Assembly (NCBI GenBank): GCA_041586155.1
Contig: JBFHAT010000010.1
Location: 15,283 to 79,282, forward strand
Direction of reading: 5' to 3'
Origin: Acidimicrobiia bacterium
GTDB lineage: Bacteria > Actinomycetota > Acidimicrobiia > Spongiisociales > JAENVV01
Length of the DNA: 64,000 bases
The notes under the pieces were generated by a model. It ran no database searches and had not been told where the DNA came from. It worked only from the letters and a program-made list of their open reading frames with translations. Of the stretch, positions 1 to 8,746 are shown piece by piece (the stretch's first letter is position 1; each line of letters begins with the position of its first letter). The position numbers and the translations under genes were made by a program.

Positions 1-1218
1 GGCGGGCTGGGTGGGCATGAAGTAACTGTTGTACAGGCCGTCCGCAGGAAGCGTGTCACCGAAGATGGGCCGATACAGGACCGACACGACCTGCTCCTTG
101 TCGAGGGCGAAGGCCAGCGCCTCCCGCACCAGGGGATCCGCCAGGTGCGGGTTGAGGAGGTTCACCCCCCAGTGGTCGTAGGTGGCGCCGGGGGTGACCG
201 CCACCGTGAACCGCTCGTTCTGGGAGAGCTCGTCATAGGGAAGCTGAGGTTGCCCGTACAGCACGTGCGCACCGCCATCCCGCATCGCGGCGAGACGGTC
301 GGCGAGTCGCGGCTCGAAGTCGATGCGGACTGATTCGATGCAGGCCGCTCCTCGGTTGGCCGCGTCGGGGCTCACCGATCCGTGGTAGCCGGGATTGCGC
401 TCCAGCTCGAGGTGGTCGCCGGGGTCGTAGGCGCCGAACGCGAGTGGCCCTGATGAAGGAAGCCGCTCACCCGCCGGATCGGTCCACGTCCGCATACCGA
501 CGTCGAGCTCGGCTGCGGCCTGGGGGGGATCGGCCGAAAAGCGATGGGCGGGAAACACGATGTCGAACGCGGAGAGCCAGCCGGGGTGAAACGCGGTCCA
601 CGTGATCTCGAACTCCGTCTCCGAGCGTACATCGAGCTCGGCGATGGATTCGTAGAGTTCGCGATCATCGGTCTGGTAGGGATGGCCCTCATCGGTGACG
701 CCGTCGCCATTCGCATCGATCGGGTTGCCCTGCCGGTCTGTCAAAGGGCCTATCGCCATGATCGCCTCGTAGGTGAATTCGACATCGCGCGCCGTGAGCG
801 GCTGGCCATCGGACCAGACCAACCCCGGACGGAGCTCGAACCGTGCGCGAACGGCTCCATCCTCCTGGTCGATCGATGGCAGCCTGTCGAGTAGCTCGGG
901 TATGTACTCCAACCCGGTCGACACTCCGGTGAGGCCTTCCAACGCGCCCTGGGCAACCCAGCCTGTGACGGGCAGCACCGTTTGCGGATCGTGAGGGTGG
1001 AAGTCGATCGGCTCCTCTCCCGTCACCAGCACCAGCTGGCCTCCCACGCTTCCAGCGCAATACTCGTTGCCCATCGTCAGTGTGGTCGTTGTCGTGACAG
1101 GGGCGGTAGACGGCGCTGCGATGGTTGTGCTCGGAGGCGACGCCGTGCATGCCACGGCCACCACCGTCACCAGCACGACGGCGAAGTGCAGCCAGCTGCG
1201 GCTGGTTTGACGGGGCAC
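1..1218 (-). CDS. ABC transporter substrate-binding protein, family 5 (peptide/nickel type), probable lipoprotein; C-terminal part lies beyond the left edge
   Basis: Hand translation of the minus strand from GTG at 1218 (GGAGGA a few nt upstream) gives VPRQTSRSWLHFAVVLVTVVAVAC.. (signal peptide ending in Cys). A Thr-rich linker follows, then ..LRPGLVWSDGQPLTARDVEFTYEAI.. and ..LELERNPGYHG.., typical of SBP_bac_5. The frame is open to position 1. It is not in the ORF track because no stop lies in the window. Confidence 0.8.
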   Translation of the reverse strand, partial: MPRQTSRSWLHFAVVLVTVVAVACTASPPSTTIAAPSTAPVTTTTTLTMGNEYCAGSVGGQLVLVTGEEPIDFHPHDPQTVLPVTGWVAQGALEGLTGVSTGLEYIPELLDRLPSIDQEDGAVRARFELRPGLVWSDGQPLTARDVEFTYEAIMAIGPLTDRQGNPIDANGDGVTDEGHPYQTDDRELYESIAELDVRSETEFEITWTAFHPGWLSAFDIVFPAHRFSADPPQAAAELDVGMRTWTDPAGERLPSSGPLAFGAYDPGDHLELERNPGYHGSVSPDAANRGAACIESVRIDFEPRLADRLAAMRDGGAHVLYGQPQLPYDELSQNERFTVAVTPGATYDHWGVNLLNPHLADPLVREALAFALDKEQVVSVLYRPIFGDTLPADGLYNSYFMPTQPA

Positions 1219-1323
1219 GAATCCTCCTGCTGGCGACGACGCGGGACCGGCTCGCCGGGCCGAGACCTTAGTCGGCACAGTCTCAGCCGCCAGCGATCTC
1301 CCGCGTGCGGAGCCGGGGTTCGC

Positions 1324-1455
1324 TCATCCGGCCAGACGACCAAGAAGCCAGAGCAGGCCTTGTATGAGGCGCCAGCCGAGATAGATCACGGCGAGCACCA
1401 CGATCAGCCAGAAGCCCCACGGATGTGGCAGCTCTTCCGGTTCGTTTTCGTTCAT
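1324..1455 (-). CDS. hypothetical 43-aa single-TM membrane protein, translationally coupled to der
   Basis: MNENEPEELPHPWGFWLIVVLAVIYLGWRLIQGLLWLLGRLAG. Its ATG overlaps the der stop codon as ATGA (1452-1455). It has one hydrophobic helix. No family recognised. Confidence 0.4.
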   Translation of the reverse strand: MNENEPEELPHPWGFWLIVVLAVIYLGWRLIQGLLWLLGRLAG

Positions 1456-2780
1456 CGTCGATCGCCGGGCTTGCGACGCTGCTTGCGGCGGGCCCGGATG
1501 TGGATCGGCGTGCCTTCGAAGTCGAATGTGTCGCGCAGCCGATTCTCCAGATAGCGGAGGTAGTCGTCCCCGAGCTCGCCGCCGGACACGAAGAGCACGA
1601 TCGTCGGCGGGGCCGACCCGGCCTGGACGGCGTACTGCACCTTCGGGCGCCGCCCTTTGCGCACCGGTGGCGGGTGGGCACCCGTCCAGGCTCTGACGAG
1701 CCGGTTCAGCTCGCCAGTCGAGATCCGGCGATCGCGCGCATCGAGGACTCGCAACAGCGTCTTGGGGAGCCGGTGGAGCCGAGCGCCGGTCTTGGCCGAG
1801 ATGCGGAGAACCGGGGCCCACGAGACGAACGACAGCCGGTCGGCGGCTGAATCCTCGGTCACTGCCCTCGCCTCCGCATCGGCCTCATCCCACTTGTTGA
1901 GCAGGACGATCAATCCGGCGCCCGCTTCGGCGACTTCTTCGGCCAGCCGCTGCTCTTGCTGGGTGACGCCCTCATTGGCGTCGACCATCAACAGCGCAAC
2001 GTCGGCATCGGCGAGGACCTTGCGGGCCCTGATGACGGCGAACGCCTCCGCTCGTTCGGTCACCTTCGGAGCCCGTCGAATTCCGGCGGTGTCGATGATC
2101 ACGTACCGGTGACCGTCCAGCTCGACCTCGACGTCGATCGGGTCTCGCGTCGTCCCCGGGGTGGGCGAGACCAACACCCGCTCCTCGCCGGTGAGCTTGT
2201 TGAGCAGTGTCGATTTGCCGACGTTGGGACGACCGATGATCGCCAGTCGAGTGATCGACTGCTCTCGACCTGGCGCCTCGCCCGTGGGCAGCACATCGAC
2301 AACCAGATCGAGGAGATCGCCCACTCCCCGACCGTGGAGCGCCGAAATCGCATGCGGCTCGCCGAGCCCCAACTTCCACCATTCCGCCAGCGAATCCTGC
2401 TGGCCATCGGAGTCCACCTTGTTGGCGGCGAGCACAACGTGTTCGGCATCCCTGACGATCTTGGCGATTCCCACGTCGTCGTCGGTGGGCGAGGTCGTCG
2501 CATCAACCACGAAGAGCACCACGTCTGCCATCGCCGCTGCCGCCTCCGCCTGTGCACTGATGTCGGCGGTTAGCTGCTCGTCCGGCGTGACCTGCCAACC
2601 TCCCGTGTCGACGAGGAGGAAGTCGCGTCCAGCCCATTCGGCCCGGAACTCGCGGCGATCGCGCGTCACCCCCGGCATCTCCTCGACGACAGCAACCCGG
2701 CGCCCCACCACCCGATTGACGAGCGTCGACTTCCCGATGTTGGGACGCCCGACGACGGCCACGACTGGAACCCGGCTCAT
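1452..2780 (-). CDS. der: ribosome-associated GTPase Der (EngA)
   Basis: 442 aa with two tandem GTPase domains (GRPNIGKST..DTGG..NKVD and GRPNVGKST..DTAG..NKWD) and a C-terminal KH-like domain. Confidence 0.97.
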   Translation of the reverse strand: MSRVPVVAVVGRPNIGKSTLVNRVVGRRVAVVEEMPGVTRDRREFRAEWAGRDFLLVDTGGWQVTPDEQLTADISAQAEAAAAMADVVLFVVDATTSPTDDDVGIAKIVRDAEHVVLAANKVDSDGQQDSLAEWWKLGLGEPHAISALHGRGVGDLLDLVVDVLPTGEAPGREQSITRLAIIGRPNVGKSTLLNKLTGEERVLVSPTPGTTRDPIDVEVELDGHRYVIIDTAGIRRAPKVTERAEAFAVIRARKVLADADVALLMVDANEGVTQQEQRLAEEVAEAGAGLIVLLNKWDEADAEARAVTEDSAADRLSFVSWAPVLRISAKTGARLHRLPKTLLRVLDARDRRISTGELNRLVRAWTGAHPPPVRKGRRPKVQYAVQAGSAPPTIVLFVSGGELGDDYLRYLENRLRDTFDFEGTPIHIRARRKQRRKPGDRR

Positions 2781-2900
2781 AGCTGGTCAAGCGTAGTGCG
2801 GGGGGACGGCCGTCTCGTTCGGTGCCGTGCGGCTCCCTCGACTTCGGCGGGAGGCTTCCTCGACTTCGGACAGTTCTCGACGCGCCCTACCATGTTCGGC

Positions 2901-3944
2901 ATGGCTGAGAAGGTCCTGCTCGCCGAGCCGCGAGGATTCTGCGCCGGCGTCGAGATGGCCATCAAGGCGCTGACATGGATGGTGCGCATCTTCGACGCCC
3001 CGGTGTATTGCTACCACGACATCGTGCACAATCGCTGGGTCGTCGAAGCGTTCGAGCGGTCTGGAGTGGTGTTCGTCGACTCGATCGAAGAGGTGCCAGA
3101 CGGGGCTCCCGTGATGCTGTCGGCACACGGGTCGGCTCCTCGAGTCGTCGCCGACGCCCAGCGTGTCGCCGGCTTGGTCGTCGACGCGGTGTGTCCCCTC
3201 GTCACCAAGGTGCATCACGAGGTCAAGACGATGGCCGACGCCGGCTACGACATCATCTACGTGGGACATGAGGGACACGATGAGGCCGTCGGCACGGTCG
3301 CCGAGGCTCCCAACCACATCACGTTGGTCGAACCGGAGACCGGTCTGTCCGACTTCCATCCGCGCGATCCATCGAAGGTGGCGCTGCTCGCCCAGACGAC
3401 ACTCGGCATGTTCGAATGGCAGCAGGTGCTGGATGAGGCGAGCGAAGCGTTTCCGGCCCTCCGCACCGCCCGGAAGAGCGACCTGTGCTACGCAACGACC
3501 AACCGCCAGGAGGCAGTCGAGCAGCTCGCTTCGATCTGCGACCTGATCCTGGTCGTTGGAAGCGATTCTTCTTCCAACACTCGGGCGCTCGTGCGAGTTG
3601 CCCACGAGTTGGGGACCCTCGCCTACCGGATCGACGGTGCCACCGACATCGAGGACGGCTGGCTTACCGGTTCGACCACGGTCGGCGTAACGGCGGGGGC
3701 TTCGGCCCCCGACCATCTGGTGGCCGAGGTCATCGATCGCATCGACCCTTCTCAGGGTGTCGAACTGTTTCAGGTCACCACCGAAGGCGAGTATTTCCCG
3801 CTGCCCCCTCAGCTCCGTCAGCTTCTGGCCGCCCTGCAGGCAGTCGTCGAAGCCGGCTTCTGCGCGCGTCGACCCGGAGAGCCCGGACCCCTGCAAGAAG
3901 ATCGGAGCTGGACGGCGACCTCCGCCCTCGAGCTGATCAGCTGA
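2901..3944 (+). CDS. ispH: 4-hydroxy-3-methylbut-2-enyl diphosphate reductase
   Basis: MAEKVLLAEPRGFCAGVEMAI.., with the three cluster Cys contexts (GFCAGV, AVCPLVTKVH, DLCYATTNRQ). The track ORF starts at 2796, but that extension is not IspH-like. TACCAT (2888-2893) sits 7 nt before ATG 2901. Confidence 0.93.
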   Translation: MAEKVLLAEPRGFCAGVEMAIKALTWMVRIFDAPVYCYHDIVHNRWVVEAFERSGVVFVDSIEEVPDGAPVMLSAHGSAPRVVADAQRVAGLVVDAVCPLVTKVHHEVKTMADAGYDIIYVGHEGHDEAVGTVAEAPNHITLVEPETGLSDFHPRDPSKVALLAQTTLGMFEWQQVLDEASEAFPALRTARKSDLCYATTNRQEAVEQLASICDLILVVGSDSSSNTRALVRVAHELGTLAYRIDGATDIEDGWLTGSTTVGVTAGASAPDHLVAEVIDRIDPSQGVELFQVTTEGEYFPLPPQLRQLLAALQAVVEAGFCARRPGEPGPLQEDRSWTATSALELIS

Positions 3945-5859
3945 ACCTGGCGGCGACCGCCTGAGCGGTCGCCGTGATGCGATCCACGACTTGTTCGATC
4001 GTGAGGTCGCTCGTGTCGATCTCCCAGGCATCCGATGCCCGCTGGAGCGGCGATGCTGCCCTCTTCGAATCGGCTTGATCTCTCCTGCGCAGCCGGTCTG
4101 CCACGTCATCGATCGACCTGCCGACCTCCTGCGCTCGGCGTGCGGCGCGCACCTGTTCCGACGCGGTGAGGAACACCTTCACTGCCGCTTCCGGAAATAC
4201 CACCGACCCAATGTCCCGACCTTCGACGACTGCGCCGCCTGCTCCGGCGCCGACCCACTCCCGTTGCCGCTCGACCATCAGGGCTCTCACTGCGGGCACC
4301 GCCGACACTGCGGACGCGGCGGCCGTGACCGATGCAGATCGAATGTCGGTCGACACGTTGCGACCGTCGACGTACATGGTTCCGTTGTCGTAACGGAACT
4401 CGACGTCTCGGAGGTGGTCGGCAAGCGCCTGGAGATCGGCGGCGCCAGCGCGTTCCGCCACCAAAGTGGCCGCCCGGTAGAAGGCGCCGGTATCGAGGTG
4501 GCGCAGACCCAGACGCTCAGCCACCCGACGGCTCACCGTCGTCTTGCCTGAGCCCCCCGGCCCGTCGATGGCGACGACGAGGCGACGTTCTTCGACGAGC
4601 CGGGCAAAGTCGTCAAAGAACGTTGGCCACGTCTTGGCCACGCACCCTGCGTCACGGATGGTGACCCCGGGTACGGCCAATCCGATCACGCCGAAGGCCA
4701 TGGCGATCCGATGATCGTCGTAGGTGTCGATGGCGGCGCCATGCACTTGTCCAGGTTCGATCCTGATGGAGTCTTCCCTCACCGACGCCGTCGCCCCCAG
4801 TTTGGCCAGCTCGGCAGCCAAAGCGGCGAGCCGGTCGCTCTCTTTGACTCGCAGGCTGGCCACGTTCTCGATGACGGTCGATCCGTCCGCCAGCGCGGCT
4901 GCTGCGGCCACGGCGAGCACTGCGTCCGGGCTCTCGTTCATGTCGACCCTGACACCGGAGAGCAGCTCGGGCCCGCGCACCGTGATGCCGGACGGTCCGT
5001 CCAGCACGGTGCACCCCATCTGCTCCAGCACTCGTAGCGCACCGATGTCGGCTTGCGTCGAGCTTCGACTGATCCCCTCCACCCGGATCGCCCCGCCGGT
5101 CACGGCCGCCGCCGCCCACGGGTACATCGCCGCTGACGCATCGACTTCGACTGCCAAGCGGCTGGGTCGGTAAGGGCGCCGCTCGACGCGGATGGTGGTG
5201 TCCGATAGCTCGGTGGCGACTCCGAATGCCGCCATCACCTCGGCGGTCGTCGTCAGGTAGGGCCGGGAGATCGCCCGGCCCCCGATGAGCTCGATGGTCA
5301 CGGGCTCGTCGGCGTAGGGCGCAATCAGCATGACCGCCGACACGAACTGACTCGACGCACGTCCGTCTACGGCGATGACGCCTCCCGCGATCGATCCGCT
5401 TCCCGTCACCTGTACCGGCGGTGTCTCATCCGGTGATGCTTGGAGGTCTACCCCCATGCGACCGAGCGCCTCGACCAGATGCCCGATCGGTCGCAGCCGC
5501 ATTCGCGGGCTCCCATCGACGGTGACCGGGCCGTCGACCAGCGCCGCCAGTGCAGTGACGAACCGGGCGGTGGTTCCCGACCCCCGTACGTCGACACCAC
5601 CGTCCGCAGGAGGACTCAGCACGGAACGCCCGCCGTGGATCGTCCAACTGCCCTCGCTCCGCTCGATGCGCACGCCCATGCTGATCAGCGCTTCGGCCAT
5701 TGCGTCGGTGTCGTCGGACCTCAGCGGATCCTGCAACACCGACACTCCTTCGGCCAGCGCCGCCACGAGCAGCGCCCGGTTCGTGATGCTCTTCGAGCCA
5801 GGCGGCCGCATCGATCCGAAGAGTGGCCCTCGCGGCTTCATCCGACGGTCGCTCATCGT
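3937..5859 (-). CDS. aroA/cmk: bifunctional 3-phosphoshikimate 1-carboxyvinyltransferase (EPSP synthase) / cytidylate kinase fusion
   Basis: One uninterrupted ORF. The N-terminal ~430 aa are EPSPS (PPGSKSITNRALLVAALAEG, LRVKESDRL, ..KTWPTFFDDFARLVEE). Cmk follows directly (RRLVVAIDGPGGSGKTTV, LDTGAFYRA, EGRDIGSVVFPEA). Start trimmed to ATG 5859, 1 nt after the rluB stop. Confidence 0.9.
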   Translation of the reverse strand, partial: TMSDRRMKPRGPLFGSMRPPGSKSITNRALLVAALAEGVSVLQDPLRSDDTDAMAEALISMGVRIERSEGSWTIHGGRSVLSPPADGGVDVRGSGTTARFVTALAALVDGPVTVDGSPRMRLRPIGHLVEALGRMGVDLQASPDETPPVQVTGSGSIAGGVIAVDGRASSQFVSAVMLIAPYADEPVTIELIGGRAISRPYLTTTAEVMAAFGVATELSDTTIRVERRPYRPSRLAVEVDASAAMYPWAAAAVTGGAIRVEGISRSSTQADIGALRVLEQMGCTVLDGPSGITVRGPELLSGVRVDMNESPDAVLAVAAAAALADGSTVIENVASLRVKESDRLAALAAELAKLGATASVREDSIRIEPGQVHGAAIDTYDDHRIAMAFGVIGLAVPGVTIRDAGCVAKTWPTFFDDFARLVEERRLVVAIDGPGGSGKTTVSRRVAERLGLRHLDTGAFYRAATLVAERAGAADLQALADHLRDVEFRYDNGTMYVDGRNVSTDIRSASVTAAASAVSAVPAVRALMVERQREWVGAGAGGAVVEGRDIGSVVFPEAAVKVFLTASEQVRAARRAQEVGRSIDDVADRLRRRDQADSKRAASPLQRASDAWEIDTSDLTIEQVVDRITATAQAVAARFS

Positions 5860-6578
5860 GGCGGTTCGGTCGCCGAGTAGAGCGTCCGGACCTCGGCGGG
5901 AGTGAGCGCCCTGTACTCCCCCGCCTCCAAGTCGGGGTCGGTGAGCGGGCCGATCGCATTCCGAAAGAGGTGGGTCACCGGATGTCCGACTGCCTCGCAC
6001 AAGCGCCGCACTTCGCGGTTGCGGCCCTCGGTCATCGTGATCTCCAGCAGCGTCGCGTCCCCCGACCGGTCAACGATACGGGCAGCCGCCGCCCGCGCCG
6101 GGCCATCTTCCAGGTCCACACCAGCCCGGAGTCTCCCGAGGGCGCCTGAAGACACAAGACCCTCTACCAGGACCGAGTAGACCTTCTCCACGCCGTAGCG
6201 GGGGTGAGTGAGGCGCAGGGTCAGATCGCCGTCGTTGGTGAGGATCAGCAACCCGGCTGAGTCCCGGTCGAGGCGCCCCACCGGGTACACCCGGGGTTCG
6301 GCAGGGACCAAGTCGACGACTGAGTGTCTGCCCGCTTCGTCCGCAGCGGTGCTGACGACTCCTTTGGGCTTGTTGAGCAGGTAGTACACGAGACCCGGGC
6401 GGACCGGAAGGGGCACTCCATCGACCGCGACGGACGCGCGGCCGGGATCCACCCTTTCTCCCATGCGGGCCGGGCGCCCGTCGATCGTGACACGGCCTTG
6501 CTCGATGAGGCGTTCTGCCCGGCGCCGGGAGCCCACCCCGTGGTGCGCCAGCAACTTATTGATCCGGACCGGTTCCAT
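5853..6578 (-). CDS. rluB: 23S rRNA pseudouridine synthase, RluB/RsuA family
   Basis: S4 domain (MEPVRINKLLAHHGVGSRRRAERLIEQGRVTIDG) and catalytic motif VGRLDRDSAGLLILTNDG. Start trimmed from 6818 to Met81. Confidence 0.9.
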   Translation of the reverse strand: MEPVRINKLLAHHGVGSRRRAERLIEQGRVTIDGRPARMGERVDPGRASVAVDGVPLPVRPGLVYYLLNKPKGVVSTAADEAGRHSVVDLVPAEPRVYPVGRLDRDSAGLLILTNDGDLTLRLTHPRYGVEKVYSVLVEGLVSSGALGRLRAGVDLEDGPARAAAARIVDRSGDATLLEITMTEGRNREVRRLCEAVGHPVTHLFRNAIGPLTDPDLEAGEYRALTPAEVRTLYSATEPPR

Positions 6579-7140
6579 CGGGGCGGAACGTCTCCTCGAA
6601 CGTCTCGACGACCGTTGCCGGGGGGACATGATCGGCCAGCGGAGGAAGTTCGGAGAGCTGTTGGACGCCGATCTTCTCGAGGAAGAGTTGGGTGGTTCCG
6701 TACACCGCCGGGTTTCCGGGCAAAGGCAGACGTTCCAATTCCCGCACGAGCCCCCGTCGCTCCAGCGTGCGCAAGCTGGAGTCGGAGTCGACGCCCCTGA
6801 TCTCTGAGACCTGCGCACGAGACACCGGCTGCTTGTAAGCCACCACGGCCAGCGTCTCCAACGCCGCGCCGGTCAGCGTGGCCGCCGAGGGCGTGGATGC
6901 GAAACGTTCGAGGTACGGATACGAAGAAGGGTGGGCGTAGAGACGCCATCCACCGGCCACATTCTGGAGCACCACTCCACGCTCCCCTGCCGCCGATTCC
7001 TCGGCGAGCTCCTCGAGCAATGTGGTCACGTCCTTGGTCGGCATCTCCAGCACCTCGGCGAGCTCCTTGGCCGGCACCGGGCGCTCGGCGACGAAGAGGA
7101 TTGCTTCCAGCACGGCTCTTGGTTCCATCATCAACCCCAT
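6556..7140 (-). CDS. scpB: segregation and condensation protein B
   Basis: ..AVLEAILFVAERPVPAKELAEVL..GGWRLY..LETLAVVAYKQPVSRAQVSEIRGV... Start uncertain (7140, 7131 or 7128). Confidence 0.9.
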   Translation of the reverse strand: MGLMMEPRAVLEAILFVAERPVPAKELAEVLEMPTKDVTTLLEELAEESAAGERGVVLQNVAGGWRLYAHPSSYPYLERFASTPSAATLTGAALETLAVVAYKQPVSRAQVSEIRGVDSDSSLRTLERRGLVRELERLPLPGNPAVYGTTQLFLEKIGVQQLSELPPLADHVPPATVVETFEETFRPDGTGPDQ

Positions 7141-7889
7141 TCGCTCCGTAGCGCACCATCGCCGGTCACATGAGCGATCTGAATGGCGGCACCCCAGTCT
7201 TCCTGTGCCACCCGCACCATGCCCCAACGAGCCAGCTCGAGAAGCGCCAAGAAGTAGGCGACCACCTCGACCCTGCGGGTGCAGTGCGCCACGACTTCGT
7301 CAAACGTCGTTTCTGCGAGCGCTTCGACCTTCGTCTGCAGGTCATGGATGGCATCGTCGACTGACGGGAGATCGAGCTCGAGATGATCGAGATCGGGCTC
7401 GGCAGCGGCTCGGGCCAGGACCCGGGCCGCCGTTGCCGCCAGCTCGGGGGAGCCGGCGCCTATGACCACATCAGGTGTTCGGTCATCCAGCATCCCCGGC
7501 TCGAAGCCGACGCTTCGCCCCACGAATCGGGCGTGCTCCTGCAGCCTGTACTTGAGGACGGCCGCGACGTCCTTGAACGTCACACACGCCAGCAGGCGGG
7601 CCAAGAGGCGGTCTCGCTCCTCCATCAGCGCCAGCTCCTCATCGATGTCGACGCCGGCATCGTCCGGGAGCAGGTGACGCGCCTTGAGCTGAATCAGCGT
7701 GGCAGCGATGAGGAGGAACTCGCTGGCGATCTCCAAGTCCATGTCTCGCATCTCGTCGATGAAGGTCAAATACTCCGAGACGACCTCCAGCAGCGACACT
7801 TCGGAAATGTCCACCTGGTGGCGGGTGATGAGTTGCAGAAGGAGGTCGAGCGGGCCCTCGAAGACCGCTGTCTTCACTTCAAACGCCAT
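7131..7889 (-). CDS. scpA: segregation and condensation protein A
   Basis: MAFEVKTAVFEGPLDLLLQLITRHQVDISEVSL..; 252 aa. Confidence 0.93.
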   Translation of the reverse strand: MAFEVKTAVFEGPLDLLLQLITRHQVDISEVSLLEVVSEYLTFIDEMRDMDLEIASEFLLIAATLIQLKARHLLPDDAGVDIDEELALMEERDRLLARLLACVTFKDVAAVLKYRLQEHARFVGRSVGFEPGMLDDRTPDVVIGAGSPELAATAARVLARAAAEPDLDHLELDLPSVDDAIHDLQTKVEALAETTFDEVVAHCTRRVEVVAYFLALLELARWGMVRVAQEDWGAAIQIAHVTGDGALRSEWG

Positions 7890-7915
7890 CGTCGGTCTCC
7901 GGCCGTGCTCAGCGG

Positions 7916-8494
7916 TCAGTATCGATGATCGACGCCGACCAGAACGTCCCAGTCGGCGACCGTAATGTCGGGAGGTCGCCCGCTGTGGTGATGTCTGGTG
8001 AACGACACCACGAGTGGGTGGGCTCCCGCGGCCTCCAACTCATCGGCGCCTCTTGCGCCGTGGGCAGTGTAGGCCTCCATTCTCCGGCCACCGGGGATCC
8101 CAACGGAGTGAGCGACGGTGGCCAGGGTCCGGCCGATGGGACCCAGCGCGGCATGCCGCTTGCCAACGTCGTGGAGGAGTGCGGCCTGGACGACCTCAGG
8201 CGGTCGGCCCAACCCGAACACATGGCGGGCTCCGTCGTATGCGTGCCGTTGGTCTCCGATCGACTGTTCCCAGAACATATCTCGCAGTGCCGGGTTTGCC
8301 AACCAGCGGTCCACGTTGGACCGTTCCCCCTCGGTGAGCTCGGCCGCGCCCGCCACGGCGAAGAACCTTCGGACGAGATGGGCGAGATGCGTTGGCAGCG
8401 CTACGAGGCTTTCATCTTGCAGCTGACGCACCGCAGGGATTGGGGACGGAATTCGAGTCGAGCCGGCTCGATTGTCTGTCCGCATTCGATGCAC
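7916..8494 (-). CDS. HD-domain metal-dependent phosphohydrolase (small actinobacterial type)
   Basis: ..GDQRHAYDGARHV..AALLHDVGK... The start is uncertain. The only ATG/GTG/TTG starts that keep the conserved LVRRFF N-terminus lie at 8485/8494, which overlaps the upstream zinc-finger gene by about 90 nt. Confidence 0.7.
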   Translation of the reverse strand: MHRMRTDNRAGSTRIPSPIPAVRQLQDESLVALPTHLAHLVRRFFAVAGAAELTEGERSNVDRWLANPALRDMFWEQSIGDQRHAYDGARHVFGLGRPPEVVQAALLHDVGKRHAALGPIGRTLATVAHSVGIPGGRRMEAYTAHGARGADELEAAGAHPLVVSFTRHHHSGRPPDITVADWDVLVGVDHRY

Positions 8495-8745
8495 AGCCCG
8501 TACTGGTCGTCGTCGATGCGCTTCAGTGCGGCGCTGACTTCCTCGAGCTGGCTGGCCAATGCCTCTGCGATGCCGAGCAGTTCCGTCCGTTCGGCGGTGG
8601 CGGCACCTGCATCGGCGAAGCTGTCGGCTGAGATCGTGTCCGAGCGCAGCTCGCCGGTTGGGGTGGCTCCCATCTCGTCGAGCTGACGCACGAGCTTGTC
8701 TCGTTCTGCTTCGAGCGCCGCTCGGGCGGCGGCGAGGTCTGCCAT
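8401..8745 (-). CDS. TraR/DksA-family C4 zinc-finger protein
   Basis: Coiled-coil N-terminus, then C-terminal CIECGQTIEPARLEFRPQSLRCVSC (CxxC-x17-CxxC). ATG 8745 lies 1 nt after the xerD stop. Confidence 0.85.
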   Translation of the reverse strand: MADLAAARAALEAERDKLVRQLDEMGATPTGELRSDTISADSFADAGAATAERTELLGIAEALASQLEEVSAALKRIDDDQYGLCIECGQTIEPARLEFRPQSLRCVSCKMKAS

Positions 8746-8746
8746 G

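Noticed and set aside
3937-6000. 5'-extended versions of many track ORFs (for example 3937-6000, 5853-6818, 13531-15336, 25399-26502, 26307-27371, 29702-30886, 32176-33969, 46149-47387, 55875-57530)
   Set aside because: The extensions overlap the upstream gene, are Arg/Pro-rich and are unlike the family N-termini. Internal ATG/GTG starts coincide with ATGA/GTGA/TGATG coupling to the preceding stop, or with a -10 box.
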